A stretch of DNA of 43,474 nucleotides, taken from positions 1-43,474 of IMG/VR virus record IMGVR_UViG_3300013022_000002; one strand, written 5' to 3'. The notes under the pieces were generated by a model. The model was not told where the DNA came from and ran no database searches. It saw only the letters and a program-made list of their open reading frames with translations. Source of the DNA: a virus. Below, piece by piece: positions 24,844 to 32,759 of this stretch (positions are counted from its first letter, which is position 1; every line of letters begins with the position of its first letter). The position numbers and the translations under genes are program-made.

Positions 24844-26285
24844 AAGGCAAACTCCTTACCAAGGCCGTCAGACTTAAACACCGTGTGGATGCGCGGGCCT
24901 GTGACCAGTCGGTCACGGTACCGATAGGCAACAATGCCGAAAGCGATCATATCGCCAACGGATGATGCTGACTGCTCTTTTCCCCAGAACCGCAACGATT
25001 CGATGTGGTAATACAGCCGGACAATGCCATGCGCTATTGCCATCACATCAGCGCGGGTGCCACCCAGCAGGCCAGCGTTAAGCATCACATCATTTTGGTG
25101 CTCAGCAATGAATGTCTGAAAGATGGCTTCGGGATGAGACCGCTTAGCCCAGGTGTCGGCGTAAGTCTTTGGCTCAGAGCCAACGTAAATCTTTCTCTCT
25201 TCCATTTCCTGCCAGGGCTGCTGAAGCATTTCTACATCAGTGCCATCGGTACACCAGACAAATTGATATTCAGGGTGATCGCGCAAGTGCTGCCAGATAT
25301 GCAGCCAGCGCCTGAAGTAAACATTCATCTTCACATCAGGCACACGAAATAACTCGGTATCTGCCGGAACCGTGTCCAACTCATCAGCCAGGACGATGCG
25401 GCCACAACCACTGAGCGATGACGCCCACTTAGCCAGCAGGTCAGGTGAAGGTGTTATCTTCGTGCCGCGCTGTGGGTCCGGCTGGCTGGTCAGTAACGTG
25501 GTGATGACCACATTGCGCTTGTCGCGGTACTCAGCATATCCGGTATAGCCACTGTTACGGCGCTCGTTGTGAATCGTAACATTGCGCTTAACCTGTGCTT
25601 CACGATCTGGCTTTGGTACAGAACGCTCAACGGCCTGATGCTCATCAAGCGAGTAGATAAACTTTTGCGAACCGACCACATCAGCGAACGCCCATGATGT
25701 CAGGCCGGCATTGTGAATGCGCAACGCTAAATCTGAGTGCTCATACATGCCGCGCTGATAGATAGGATCAAAGCCACCCACCTTTTCAATCACACTGCGA
25801 TGGTAGTACAGCATCACGCCGCGCTGGCCTGTGTAGGCAACGTGTTTATCGTCACGGTACAACACGGCTATGTCATTGAGCTTTTGACCCGTGGCGAAGT
25901 CCTGAAACTGATAGGCAAGGTGCGGTTCGGGTGATTCGATATAGGGTCGCTCCCATCCACCAGCTACAGGCCATGCGTCATCATCCCACAGGAAAAGATG
26001 CTCACAGCCTGCATCAATCAGCGTCTGTAAGCTGGCGTTCTTAGATGCCACGATGCCGCGTGACACGTCACGGCGAATACCCCTGACACCAGCCGGAACA
26101 GCTACAGGAGTGTTTGACCCGTCATCTATCACAACCACCAGCGCACCAGCAGGAAGAAACTTAAGCTGATGCTCAAGGGCGCGGGATAAAACGTTATGGC
26201 GGTTGTGTGTGCTGATGGCTATACCAACATTTGATGCCCGGTCAGTAACTGGCGCATAGGCAATTCCATCAATCACCACTTCCAT
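24828..26285 (-). CDS. Two-domain glycosyltransferase (N-terminal GT2-like domain plus a second nucleotide-sugar-transferase-like domain), 485 aa
   Basis: GIAISTHNRHNVL...LVVVIDDGSN, HLFLWDDDAWP and VGGFDP are GT2 hallmarks. The C-terminal half has FVWCTDGTDVE and NAGLLGG motifs. No TM or signal peptide. Confidence 0.7.
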   Translation of the reverse strand: MEVVIDGIAYAPVTDRASNVGIAISTHNRHNVLSRALEHQLKFLPAGALVVVIDDGSNTPVAVPAGVRGIRRDVSRGIVASKNASLQTLIDAGCEHLFLWDDDAWPVAGGWERPYIESPEPHLAYQFQDFATGQKLNDIAVLYRDDKHVAYTGQRGVMLYYHRSVIEKVGGFDPIYQRGMYEHSDLALRIHNAGLTSWAFADVVGSQKFIYSLDEHQAVERSVPKPDREAQVKRNVTIHNERRNSGYTGYAEYRDKRNVVITTLLTSQPDPQRGTKITPSPDLLAKWASSLSGCGRIVLADELDTVPADTELFRVPDVKMNVYFRRWLHIWQHLRDHPEYQFVWCTDGTDVEMLQQPWQEMEERKIYVGSEPKTYADTWAKRSHPEAIFQTFIAEHQNDVMLNAGLLGGTRADVMAIAHGIVRLYYHIESLRFWGKEQSASSVGDMIAFGIVAYRYRDRLVTGPRIHTVFKSDGLGKEFALWKHK

Positions 26286-26402
26286 TCAGATTTTCCTACT
26301 CATCAGATAGATATAACCCTCGGCAATGGTTATACCACCAGCCGATGATTCATTGTGTTTATGCTGAAAAGTGAACTCATAGAATTCAGTTTTTAGCACA
26401 AA

Positions 26403-26426
26403 ATAAAAAACCGCCCGAAGGCGGTC
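26403..26426 (-). terminator. Strong intrinsic terminator after the DUF4411 gene
   Basis: The minus strand reads ACCGCC-ttcg-GGCGGT followed by TTTTTTTATTTT. It lies 25 nt after the stop at 26451. Confidence 0.85.
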
Positions 26427-26450
26427 TCGTAAATAACTTTTTTACTTTAA

Positions 26451-26951
26451 TTATGCAGCCATAACAAATGATGCATTTAATGCATGTAGCAAAGCAAATG
26501 TATCTGTGTAAGCCACTCCAAAGTGGTTACAAATGTTAGGAATGAGAAACTTTCGCTTGCAATCAAGGTTAAGTCTCTCATGCGTAACTATTGTCGCCCC
26601 AGTAGTTATGGCCTTAGCTATTAACCAAGTATCTGCTCCTCTAAGAAACTCATTCATAGCACCGGGGCTCATACGTCCTGTAGCCTGTTGCTGTGCAACA
26701 TGAGCAACTACAGACGCAAGGTTTTGCTGAGTAGTATTATCACTCACAGGCAGAAAAAAGTTACGATTAGCCTGAGCCCATACCTTAAGCTCATCATTTC
26801 CATTAACAAGCTCTTGATATATATTTTGAATGCTAAAAAGCCTACCGCCTTCGCAGCCATGTAACAACCAGTCCCAAAAGGCAGGGCAAAATGCCATATG
26901 GTAATATTTATTTTTAGCTTCTATAAAAACGTTCGCATCAATCAGATACAT
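26451..26951 (-). CDS. DUF4411 PIN-like domain protein (166 aa), putative nuclease effector
   Basis: MYLIDANVFIEAKNKYY...FCPAFWDWL...ELVNGNDELKVWA matches the DUF4411 pattern (PIN-like N-terminal Asp). Its ATG shares a base with the upstream TAA. Confidence 0.75.
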   Translation of the reverse strand: MYLIDANVFIEAKNKYYHMAFCPAFWDWLLHGCEGGRLFSIQNIYQELVNGNDELKVWAQANRNFFLPVSDNTTQQNLASVVAHVAQQQATGRMSPGAMNEFLRGADTWLIAKAITTGATIVTHERLNLDCKRKFLIPNICNHFGVAYTDTFALLHALNASFVMAA

Positions 26952-28093
26952 TAGGCACCAATTTCCGTTGCAAATTTTTTTAGTTTGGCGGGAGCTACAC
27001 CCAGTAGTTTACCAGCATCTCTCAACAAAACTCTGCCACTTAGAGCCTCGTCTAGTAATGCCCTGCTAAATCTCGCGCTGTTCTTATTCTGCGCACTAGC
27101 ATAAAAATTACCACCGCTGCCTTCTGCCTCATCAAAATCTCGCATGAGAGCACGGTAGTAATCTTGATAATCATCGTATGTAACCAAATTCAAATCATAT
27201 GCTCTTCGAATTACAACATACCGACTTACGTGGAAATGCCTAGCAATATTAGCAATGTTCACACTTAATTCTTTAAGTTCATCCCATAATCTCAGAACAC
27301 TAGCCTGAGGAGCTAAAAATTCACCCGCCACTTGATTGCAGAACCTTTCAACATGCAATTCTTCGTTGGCACTCGCAGAAGATATACCGCTCTGCCCAAT
27401 CCATAAATGTGCTAACTCATGGATTAACGTAAATAAACGAGCTGCAGGAGCATCCTTCAAATTAATGAAAACAATAGGAGCTAATGGGTCGCTGATGGCA
27501 AAACCACGAAATTCATTTATATCTAAGGGTCTATGTGTGTTGCTATCAACGATACCGCTTCTCATTACAAGGATGCCGGCATTTTCTGCAGAATCAACAA
27601 TGGTACGCTGGTATTGTTCCCAAGTCATACCCGCAGGATCAACTTCATTTAAACCGAGATAATTTTTAATCCTGATTGCGACATCAACAGGGTCATTTTG
27701 CAAAGTGATAGAACCTACAAAGTCTAGTGGAGAGGCTCCCTGATCCCGCAAGTAATCCTTGTACCAATCCTGTCTTCTTAAAACAGTAAAAATAGTGTCT
27801 TTGAGATTCACGCTGATGTTATCACGCATACCTACGTTTCTAATTGTACGCAGATCAGGTAAAGGAATAAGCTCATGAGGTGGCTCAGGCAAAAAAAGAT
27901 AAGCAAATGGTATACAAAGGCGGCCAGCCACCTTCTGAGCCTGAGAAAAAGTTGGTTTATCAACGCCTTGAATCCAACTTAAAACCTTTTCAATTTTGGC
28001 CCCCGTAGCGCGAGACAAATCCTCCTCAGAAACGCGAGCTCGGCTCTGCGCCCAAGTGATGATGTCAGGATTGATATAAGCTAAGTCAGCCAT
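26951..28093 (-). CDS. XRE-type HTH fused to an ImmA/IrrE-family (COG2856) zinc metallopeptidase, 380 aa
   Basis: N-terminal HTH region (LSRATGAKIEKVLSWIQGVDKPTFSQAQKVAGRLCIP). HEXXH motif in LIHELAHLWIG. About 100 aa of C-terminal extension. Confidence 0.8.
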   Translation of the reverse strand: MADLAYINPDIITWAQSRARVSEEDLSRATGAKIEKVLSWIQGVDKPTFSQAQKVAGRLCIPFAYLFLPEPPHELIPLPDLRTIRNVGMRDNISVNLKDTIFTVLRRQDWYKDYLRDQGASPLDFVGSITLQNDPVDVAIRIKNYLGLNEVDPAGMTWEQYQRTIVDSAENAGILVMRSGIVDSNTHRPLDINEFRGFAISDPLAPIVFINLKDAPAARLFTLIHELAHLWIGQSGISSASANEELHVERFCNQVAGEFLAPQASVLRLWDELKELSVNIANIARHFHVSRYVVIRRAYDLNLVTYDDYQDYYRALMRDFDEAEGSGGNFYASAQNKNSARFSRALLDEALSGRVLLRDAGKLLGVAPAKLKKFATEIGA

Positions 28094-28135
28094 AATTGCG
28101 CGCTTCAGTTTTTAAATTCCTTCATGTATGGATTC

Positions 28136-28165
28136 ATACTATAAGAAAAAACAACTTTTTTCCAA
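28136..28165 (-). promoter_or_regulatory. Candidate sigma70 promoter of the ImmA/DUF4411 cassette
   Basis: The minus strand reads TTGGAA (28165-28160), an 18-nt spacer, then TAGTAT (28141-28136). AT-rich gap between the Rz1 stop and the ATG at 28093. Confidence 0.4.
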
Positions 28166-28207
28166 GAATGCAAAAAAGATTGTCACCAAGTAAAGCCGTT
28201 TTCCTTA

Positions 28208-28495
28208 TCATCTTTTTTGCTCTAACGACAAGACCGCCGCCCGGTCGATGTTGCACTGGCCCACTATGCCGTATAGCTCTGCATTGAGGCTTACGCTGTC
28301 ACCGAAAGTCATCATTTCTGGCGGCGCTGGCGCTTCAATCGGGCTGGTCAGGTCAGCGGGTAGTGGTACCTTTGGCTGGCTGATTGTCCGGTACTCCACT
28401 TGCGGCTTTTGCTGCACTCCGCAACCTGTCAGCAGCATCAGCGGGAACAGGAGCAACAGCGCACTTATCCGCTGCAAGATATTGCTTGATTTCAT
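28208..28495 (-). CDS. Rz1: o-spanin (Rz1-like outer-membrane lipoprotein)
   Basis: Lipobox LMLLTGC and a Pro-rich mature part (PKVPLPADLTSPIEAPAPPE). Starts inside Rz in another frame and extends past its stop (overlapped architecture). Confidence 0.8.
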   Translation of the reverse strand: MKSSNILQRISALLLLFPLMLLTGCGVQQKPQVEYRTISQPKVPLPADLTSPIEAPAPPEMMTFGDSVSLNAELYGIVGQCNIDRAAVLSLEQKR

Positions 28496-28787
28496 TCTGT
28501 AGTTTCCTGTTCTGCTGAGCTGTTACGGCGCGTTGTTCGGTGACCTGACCCATTACTTCATTCTGGTGCTTAACGGCTGTCACAAGCTCGTTAACGCTGG
28601 TAGCGAGGCCGTCATTTTTGGAGCGCAGGTCGTTAATCTGCTCATCTTTGCTGTTTGCCAACTTCTCAAGGCGTTGATTCGTTGCCTCAAGCTGTGAGCT
28701 TCGGGCGTTCAGCATCCAGAGTGCAAGGCAGATAAGGCCAATGACGATGACAGGTGAAAAAGTTTTGACAAGATTTAATGGATTCAT
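28353..28787 (-). CDS. Rz: i-spanin (Rz-like)
   Basis: N-terminal TM (VIVIGLICLALWML) followed by a long coiled coil. ATGA overlap with the endolysin stop. Confidence 0.85.
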   Translation of the reverse strand: MNPLNLVKTFSPVIVIGLICLALWMLNARSSQLEATNQRLEKLANSKDEQINDLRSKNDGLATSVNELVTAVKHQNEVMGQVTEQRAVTAQQNRKLQNEIKQYLAADKCAVAPVPADAADRLRSAAKAASGVPDNQPAKGTTTR

Positions 28788-29209
28788 GAGATGAACACCC
28801 CTCGCTCTGCGGCACGGCGTTTAACAAGGCCTGCTAATTTCTTTCCGCCTGCGTTGACCCACTTGCCGAACTCATCTGCTGCGCCAGCGAAGTCGCCTGC
28901 GTTAAGCTTTTTAAGCAGCGTGGATTTTACGAAGTTGCCGGAACCCAGGTTGAACACAAATGACGCCAGCGCATCAAACTGATTTTGTGTCAGCTTCACT
29001 TTAACGTTGGTGTTAATGGTCAGTTCTGCCACCAGCAAATCTTCACGCAGATATTTGTCAGCCTGTTCGCCGGTAATCACATCCCCCATCTTTACGTCGT
29101 GGGTATGCCCATAGCCGATAGTGGGAATCCCTACGCTGTCGCGATATGCCTCAAGCTTCAGGCCTTCGAAACGCTTAATCAGGTCCATGCCCTTATTGCT
29201 GGTTTGCAT
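28784..29209 (-). CDS. R: Endolysin, GH24 (T4/P22-type lysozyme)
   Basis: GMDLIKRFEGLKLEAYRDSVGIPTIGYGHT is the catalytic Glu/Asp/Thr motif region. Confidence 0.92.
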   Translation of the reverse strand: MQTSNKGMDLIKRFEGLKLEAYRDSVGIPTIGYGHTHDVKMGDVITGEQADKYLREDLLVAELTINTNVKVKLTQNQFDALASFVFNLGSGNFVKSTLLKKLNAGDFAGAADEFGKWVNAGGKKLAGLVKRRAAERGVFIS

Positions 29210-29546
29210 CAGTATCCCCGGTTTTTCTGGCTATCCACCCGCGCAACTTGTCGCTGATGTAGTCATTACCCACATACCCGATATAAACCGCGAATACCTG
29301 TGCAGCGGCGTCAGGAATGTTCCAGTTAAATAAAGCGCCCATTACCTGAAGCGTCGGGCCAGCGAAGAACGCCAGCGCACTACATGAAACAGCGTCGAGA
29401 ACCCGCTTGCTCCACGGGCTTTTTGCATAGGCACTGCGTAATAGTGAAAACATGCCTGCTACCCCGGCATATCCCCATTCTGTTTTATGGGCGTACAGCC
29501 ACAGCAGCACTGTGGCCCAGAAGCCCGGGTCTTTTTCTGGAGGCAT
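29193..29546 (-). CDS. S: Class I holin, lambda S family (117 aa from the ATG at 29546; possible upstream GTG at 29564)
   Basis: MPPEKDP..., VLDAVSCSALAFF and AVYIGYVGNDYISDKLRGWIARKTG are collinear with lambda S ([44 protein letters not shown]). Confidence 0.85.
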   Translation of the reverse strand: MPPEKDPGFWATVLLWLYAHKTEWGYAGVAGMFSLLRSAYAKSPWSKRVLDAVSCSALAFFAGPTLQVMGALFNWNIPDAAAQVFAVYIGYVGNDYISDKLRGWIARKTGDTDANQQ

Positions 29547-29649
29547 GCGCTTAGTTCCCGCCACCGGAATGATGGCGGCTTGTTGTTGAGGAAAAGATTG
29601 CGCATCGCCACGGCGTCAAAATATGAGTGGTTGCTGATTGGCGAGCGCA

Positions 29650-29682
29650 AAAACGAAAAAAGGCCGCTCAATGGCGGCCTTT
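29650..29682 (-). terminator. Intrinsic terminator between the 82-aa moron and the holin gene
   Basis: The minus strand reads GGCCGC-cattga-GCGGCC followed by TTTTTTCGTTTTT. Confidence 0.75.
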
Positions 29683-29716
29683 ATGTTTGCTTTATGTGAA
29701 AAAAGTCTTCGACTCT

Positions 29717-29965
29717 TTAGTTACCGTTAAGCTTTGTTGACGGTGATTCAATTAACGACTCGATGAATTTTTTTTGCTGCGGGTTTAGATTGAGTTTCTG
29801 GATTTTCTTGATATCGACCTGATGGCTGGACTCACCTGGCTGAATCTTAGGAGCAACTCTTTCATTGTTTCCAGCGAAGGCAATAGCAACGACAATGCTC
29901 CATACAACGACACAAAACAGAATAACCAGTATCCATGTAACTCTTCTAGAGACTTTCAAAACCAC
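29717..29965 (-). CDS. Small N-terminally anchored membrane protein (80-82 aa), unknown function
   Basis: TM segment WILVILFCVVVWSIVVAIAFA followed by a Lys/Gln-rich soluble tail. The start is GTG (29965), or TTG (29959, 7 nt after AAGGA). AT-rich. Followed by its own terminator. Confidence 0.5.
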   Translation of the reverse strand: MVLKVSRRVTWILVILFCVVVWSIVVAIAFAGNNERVAPKIQPGESSHQVDIKKIQKLNLNPQQKKFIESLIESPSTKLNGN

Positions 29966-30258
29966 GTCCTTATCATGTGAAAGGAGTGATTAAGACAAAT
30001 CCGATCATCATAAGTTCTGTTTTTTTCATAACAAAGTTCTATTACCACTCAGAAAAACTTTGCGAAACAATACAGCGCATGAACAACCCTAAAAAGTGGT
30101 ATCTACATAGCACCTTAATTAGAAAATTTAACCAATAAGAGCTATTAGAACCATACGTGACCGAGAACAACTTAGTATTTGATGAGAGTCAATTAATAAC
30201 TTCACAAAACTATATTATTATAAAAAAGGATTTTCCCTGGAGTTGGCCGTTTTGGCCT

Positions 30259-30315
30259 CCCTCAAGTCATCCCTCCCAGGTTGCCGAGACCGTTGATGAC
30301 TTGAGGGAATTTTTT
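30259..30315 (+). terminator. Large plus-strand hairpin with a T-run (antisense to late transcription)
   Basis: Perfect 12-bp inverted repeat CCCTCAAGTCAT (30259-30270) / ATGACTTGAGGG (30296-30307), then AATTTTTTATT. Confidence 0.6.
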
Positions 30316-30474
30316 ATTAAAAATCGTGACAGGTTAACGATATGACTCGACCAAGAGCCTTCAATGTAAAGAAATACCTAACTTAATCCTCACTTCTCAG
30401 CCCATCAACCTAACCCGAAAGGGTTAATATTACTTTACTGGTTGAGTCCAGGAAGTAATTCATTTGTGTACTTG

Positions 30475-30509
30475 CCCGCCGTAATCCTTGGTTAGCGGCG
30501 GGATTTTTT
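30475..30509 (+). terminator. Second plus-strand intrinsic terminator
   Basis: CCCGCCG (30475-30481) / CGGCGGG (30496-30502) followed by ATTTTTT. Confidence 0.6.
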
Positions 30510-31223
30510 AAAACCCATTCCCGTACTCTTCACTGTAGAAATGCCCATACCAATAAAAAAGGGCACACTAAAGTGAGCCCTAAACCTTACAGTTTTTTCT
30601 TTTTCTGATTCCCAGTATGAGAGCAGATAATACTTAAATCTGTGAATAGACCTGCAAATGTGAGCGCTGACATTACCTAAGTCACTCTCGCTTCATCATG
30701 CATATGACTTTATGGTGAATCCAAAAAATTGCCCCACCCGGCGCTTGTCTCCGGCACTCGCAATGGCTTAGCTCTTGAAGGGGCTATTTAAATTTACAAT
30801 GATCCTTAATCTTGTTTTTTGCAAAAAATCACATTTTTTAAAATCGGATGCGGGAATTGAAAAAGGCCCGCCAGAGCCAGTCCTTAAGTGCTGTGAATTG
30901 TGGCTAAAAGTCTGCGGTGCTAGGTGCCTCCCAGTAAGCCTGTAATCCGTAAGCAGGCCTGCCATTGCAAGAGCGTTATTAACGAATTTTAGTTGGCCCC
31001 ACCGCACAGGGGGATACACCGCATTAAGCACAATGTATCAGCTAATTAATAAAACTAATACAAGCAGTTAAAAGCTCTGACGCCAATGCGATTAACAAAC
31101 TGGCACGTCTGCCCAGAGCAATCTTTTCGTAAAATTCACAATATGAAAGGCGCTACAGGTTTGCAGTCCTGGACAGAACGGTTAAACCGGCTGCGCTCAG
31201 TGCCTTTGGTATTGTGTGGAAAT

Positions 31224-31250
31224 GAAAAAACCCCGCCGTCTGGCGAGGTT
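31224..31250 (-). terminator. Candidate tR'-type terminator about 75 nt downstream of Q
   Basis: The minus strand reads CCTCGCC-agac-GGCGGGG (one mismatch) followed by TTTTTT. This is the position expected for the Q-dependent late-leader terminator. Confidence 0.55.
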
Positions 31251-31322
31251 TCTAATTTAAGAAGCTATGCGTTGTTACCACTCTTAACAGATTACATATA
31301 GAAATTCGTAACGAAAAGCAGA

Positions 31323-31724
31323 TTAAGCGGTTTTTTGAAAAATAGTTTTCTGAGTCGCTTCATACATCTCCAGCCGGGCATCTGTCATCAGTATGCAGGC
31401 ATCAATAAACGTTTCGGCTATCATAAGCTTTTGCCGCACTTTCCCTTCCGAACATTTAAGCCAGCGGGCTATTGTCGATTTGGATACGTCATAACGGTAG
31501 TGCGCCATAATTAAATCTAGCTCATCCAGGCGGCCAACCTTTTTAAGCATGCCGACTGCGGTATCTATAATCATGCCGTCATTGTCACAGCAGGAAGCAC
31601 GGCTACTGGTGCTTTTAGGCAGCAGTGTAATAAACATCGGGCTGGTTGGATTCCAGCTAATCTGAGTGCCTTCGCTTGCAGCCCAGCCGCCCCAACGCTC
31701 TAAAACCAGTTGAATGTCACGCAT
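31323..31724 (-). CDS. Q: Late-gene antiterminator Q (133 aa from the ATG at 31724)
   Basis: MRDIQLVLERWGGWAA... is a typical Q-family N-terminus. GGAGG SD. Last gene before the late leader and lysis genes. Confidence 0.8.
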   Translation of the reverse strand: MRDIQLVLERWGGWAASEGTQISWNPTSPMFITLLPKSTSSRASCCDNDGMIIDTAVGMLKKVGRLDELDLIMAHYRYDVSKSTIARWLKCSEGKVRQKLMIAETFIDACILMTDARLEMYEATQKTIFQKTA

Positions 31725-31745
31725 ATTAAATCCCCTCCACACACT

Positions 31746-32759
31746 TTATTTTTTATCTGTCCCAATAACGCCAACTGCAATAGCGTGATCAAGAAACCGG
31801 AATAAAAGTTCAATCTGACTGCCGTAATTCGACTCAAAAAGTTTTGGGTCGCGGTGTAACTCGTCGTGATGCGCCCTGCAAAGCGGAATCACGAATAAAT
31901 CATGTGCCTTTGTTCCCATCCCTCCCTGACCATGCCCAATGATGTGATGCGGGTCATCTGCCTGATTAGCGCAGCATGCGCATTTCTGAACCTTGACCCA
32001 CTGCGTGTACTTCTGGCTCTCCCAGCGCTTACGCTTTGGCCGTCTCATGAATGACTCTGGCGATTCAGGGTCAGCAACCAGATTTACGATCCTTTTTACC
32101 TGCTCAGCGGCCTGCTGTATGACCTGCTTAGGCTGGCGTTCTGGCGCGATGTGCGATTCCTTTAGCTCACCTGAGACGATGCTTACTGGCATGCGCAAAA
32201 CACGCCGTGCTGGTGCTTCAGGTATCAAGTCGATAAGGTCATTCAGTGAGGCCCACCAGCAAAGCTCTGGCAGGGTAAGCTGATGTTCGCCATGAAAACC
32301 AAGCTGACTGCAAACCATCCTGATTATCCACAGTGCTGTGTTTCCCCTGGCGATGTTATCGAGCTTGCCAGGCGTACCATGCTCCCTGAACTTATTATCG
32401 TGGCTGTAACACAAAGACACGAGGCCGGATTCAGTTTCGTGAAGCGTGTATTCATGGTGATGCCATGTCGCATCGTCGTGCCACTGGCAGCATTCAAAGC
32501 CACGAACGAAACCAGCCAAGCCATTAGCACCACCAGCAGTAGCGATAACCCGATCATGACTGAAAAAAGGTAAAAGGGATGGCTCATCGAGTAGCGGCTG
32601 TGTGCCGTCATTGAGCCTGCCTGACGGAAGGTCCGCCATGTCAGCTGTCGGTGTACTCACCAGAATGCGGCCACAAAACATCCCAATCAGGTCTGAGCCA
32701 GGTTTGAGCAGCACTATCCCTGTGCGCGGAGCAACTTCAGGTGTAAGCAGTGCTCTCAC
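31746..32759 (-). CDS. DUF968-family protein (YdfU-like; HNH-like C-terminal metal-binding motif)
   Basis: The C-terminal CACCANQADDPHHIIGHGQGGMGTKAHDLFVIPLCRAHHDELH is characteristic of lambdoid nin-region DUF968 proteins. Confidence 0.7.
   Translation of the reverse strand: MRALLTPEVAPRTGIVLLKPGSDLIGMFCGRILVSTPTADMADLPSGRLNDGTQPLLDEPSLLPFFSHDRVIATAGGANGLAGFVRGFECCQWHDDATWHHHEYTLHETESGLVSLCYSHDNKFREHGTPGKLDNIARGNTALWIIRMVCSQLGFHGEHQLTLPELCWWASLNDLIDLIPEAPARRVLRMPVSIVSGELKESHIAPERQPKQVIQQAAEQVKRIVNLVADPESPESFMRRPKRKRWESQKYTQWVKVQKCACCANQADDPHHIIGHGQGGMGTKAHDLFVIPLCRAHHDELHRDPKLFESNYGSQIELLFRFLDHAIAVGVIGTDKK

Noticed and set aside
29459-29671. 70-aa minus-strand ORF overlapping the holin start and the upstream terminator
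   Set aside because: It overlaps the lambda-S-like holin in another frame and runs through the intrinsic terminator at 29650-29682. It has no independent support.
30157-30345. 62-aa plus-strand ORF in the Q-holin region
   Set aside because: It has a GTG start without an SD. The ORF contains a perfect 12-bp-stem hairpin followed by a T-run (30259-30315) and has an odd Trp/Pro-rich composition. It is more likely non-coding RNA or terminator sequence.
30768-31301. 87-aa minus-strand (30768-31031) and 71-aa plus-strand (31086-31301) ORFs downstream of Q
   Set aside because: Neither has a good RBS, and the first has a GTG start. The second overlaps the tR'-like terminator. Both compositions look non-protein-like, so the region is reported as unexplained non-coding sequence instead.
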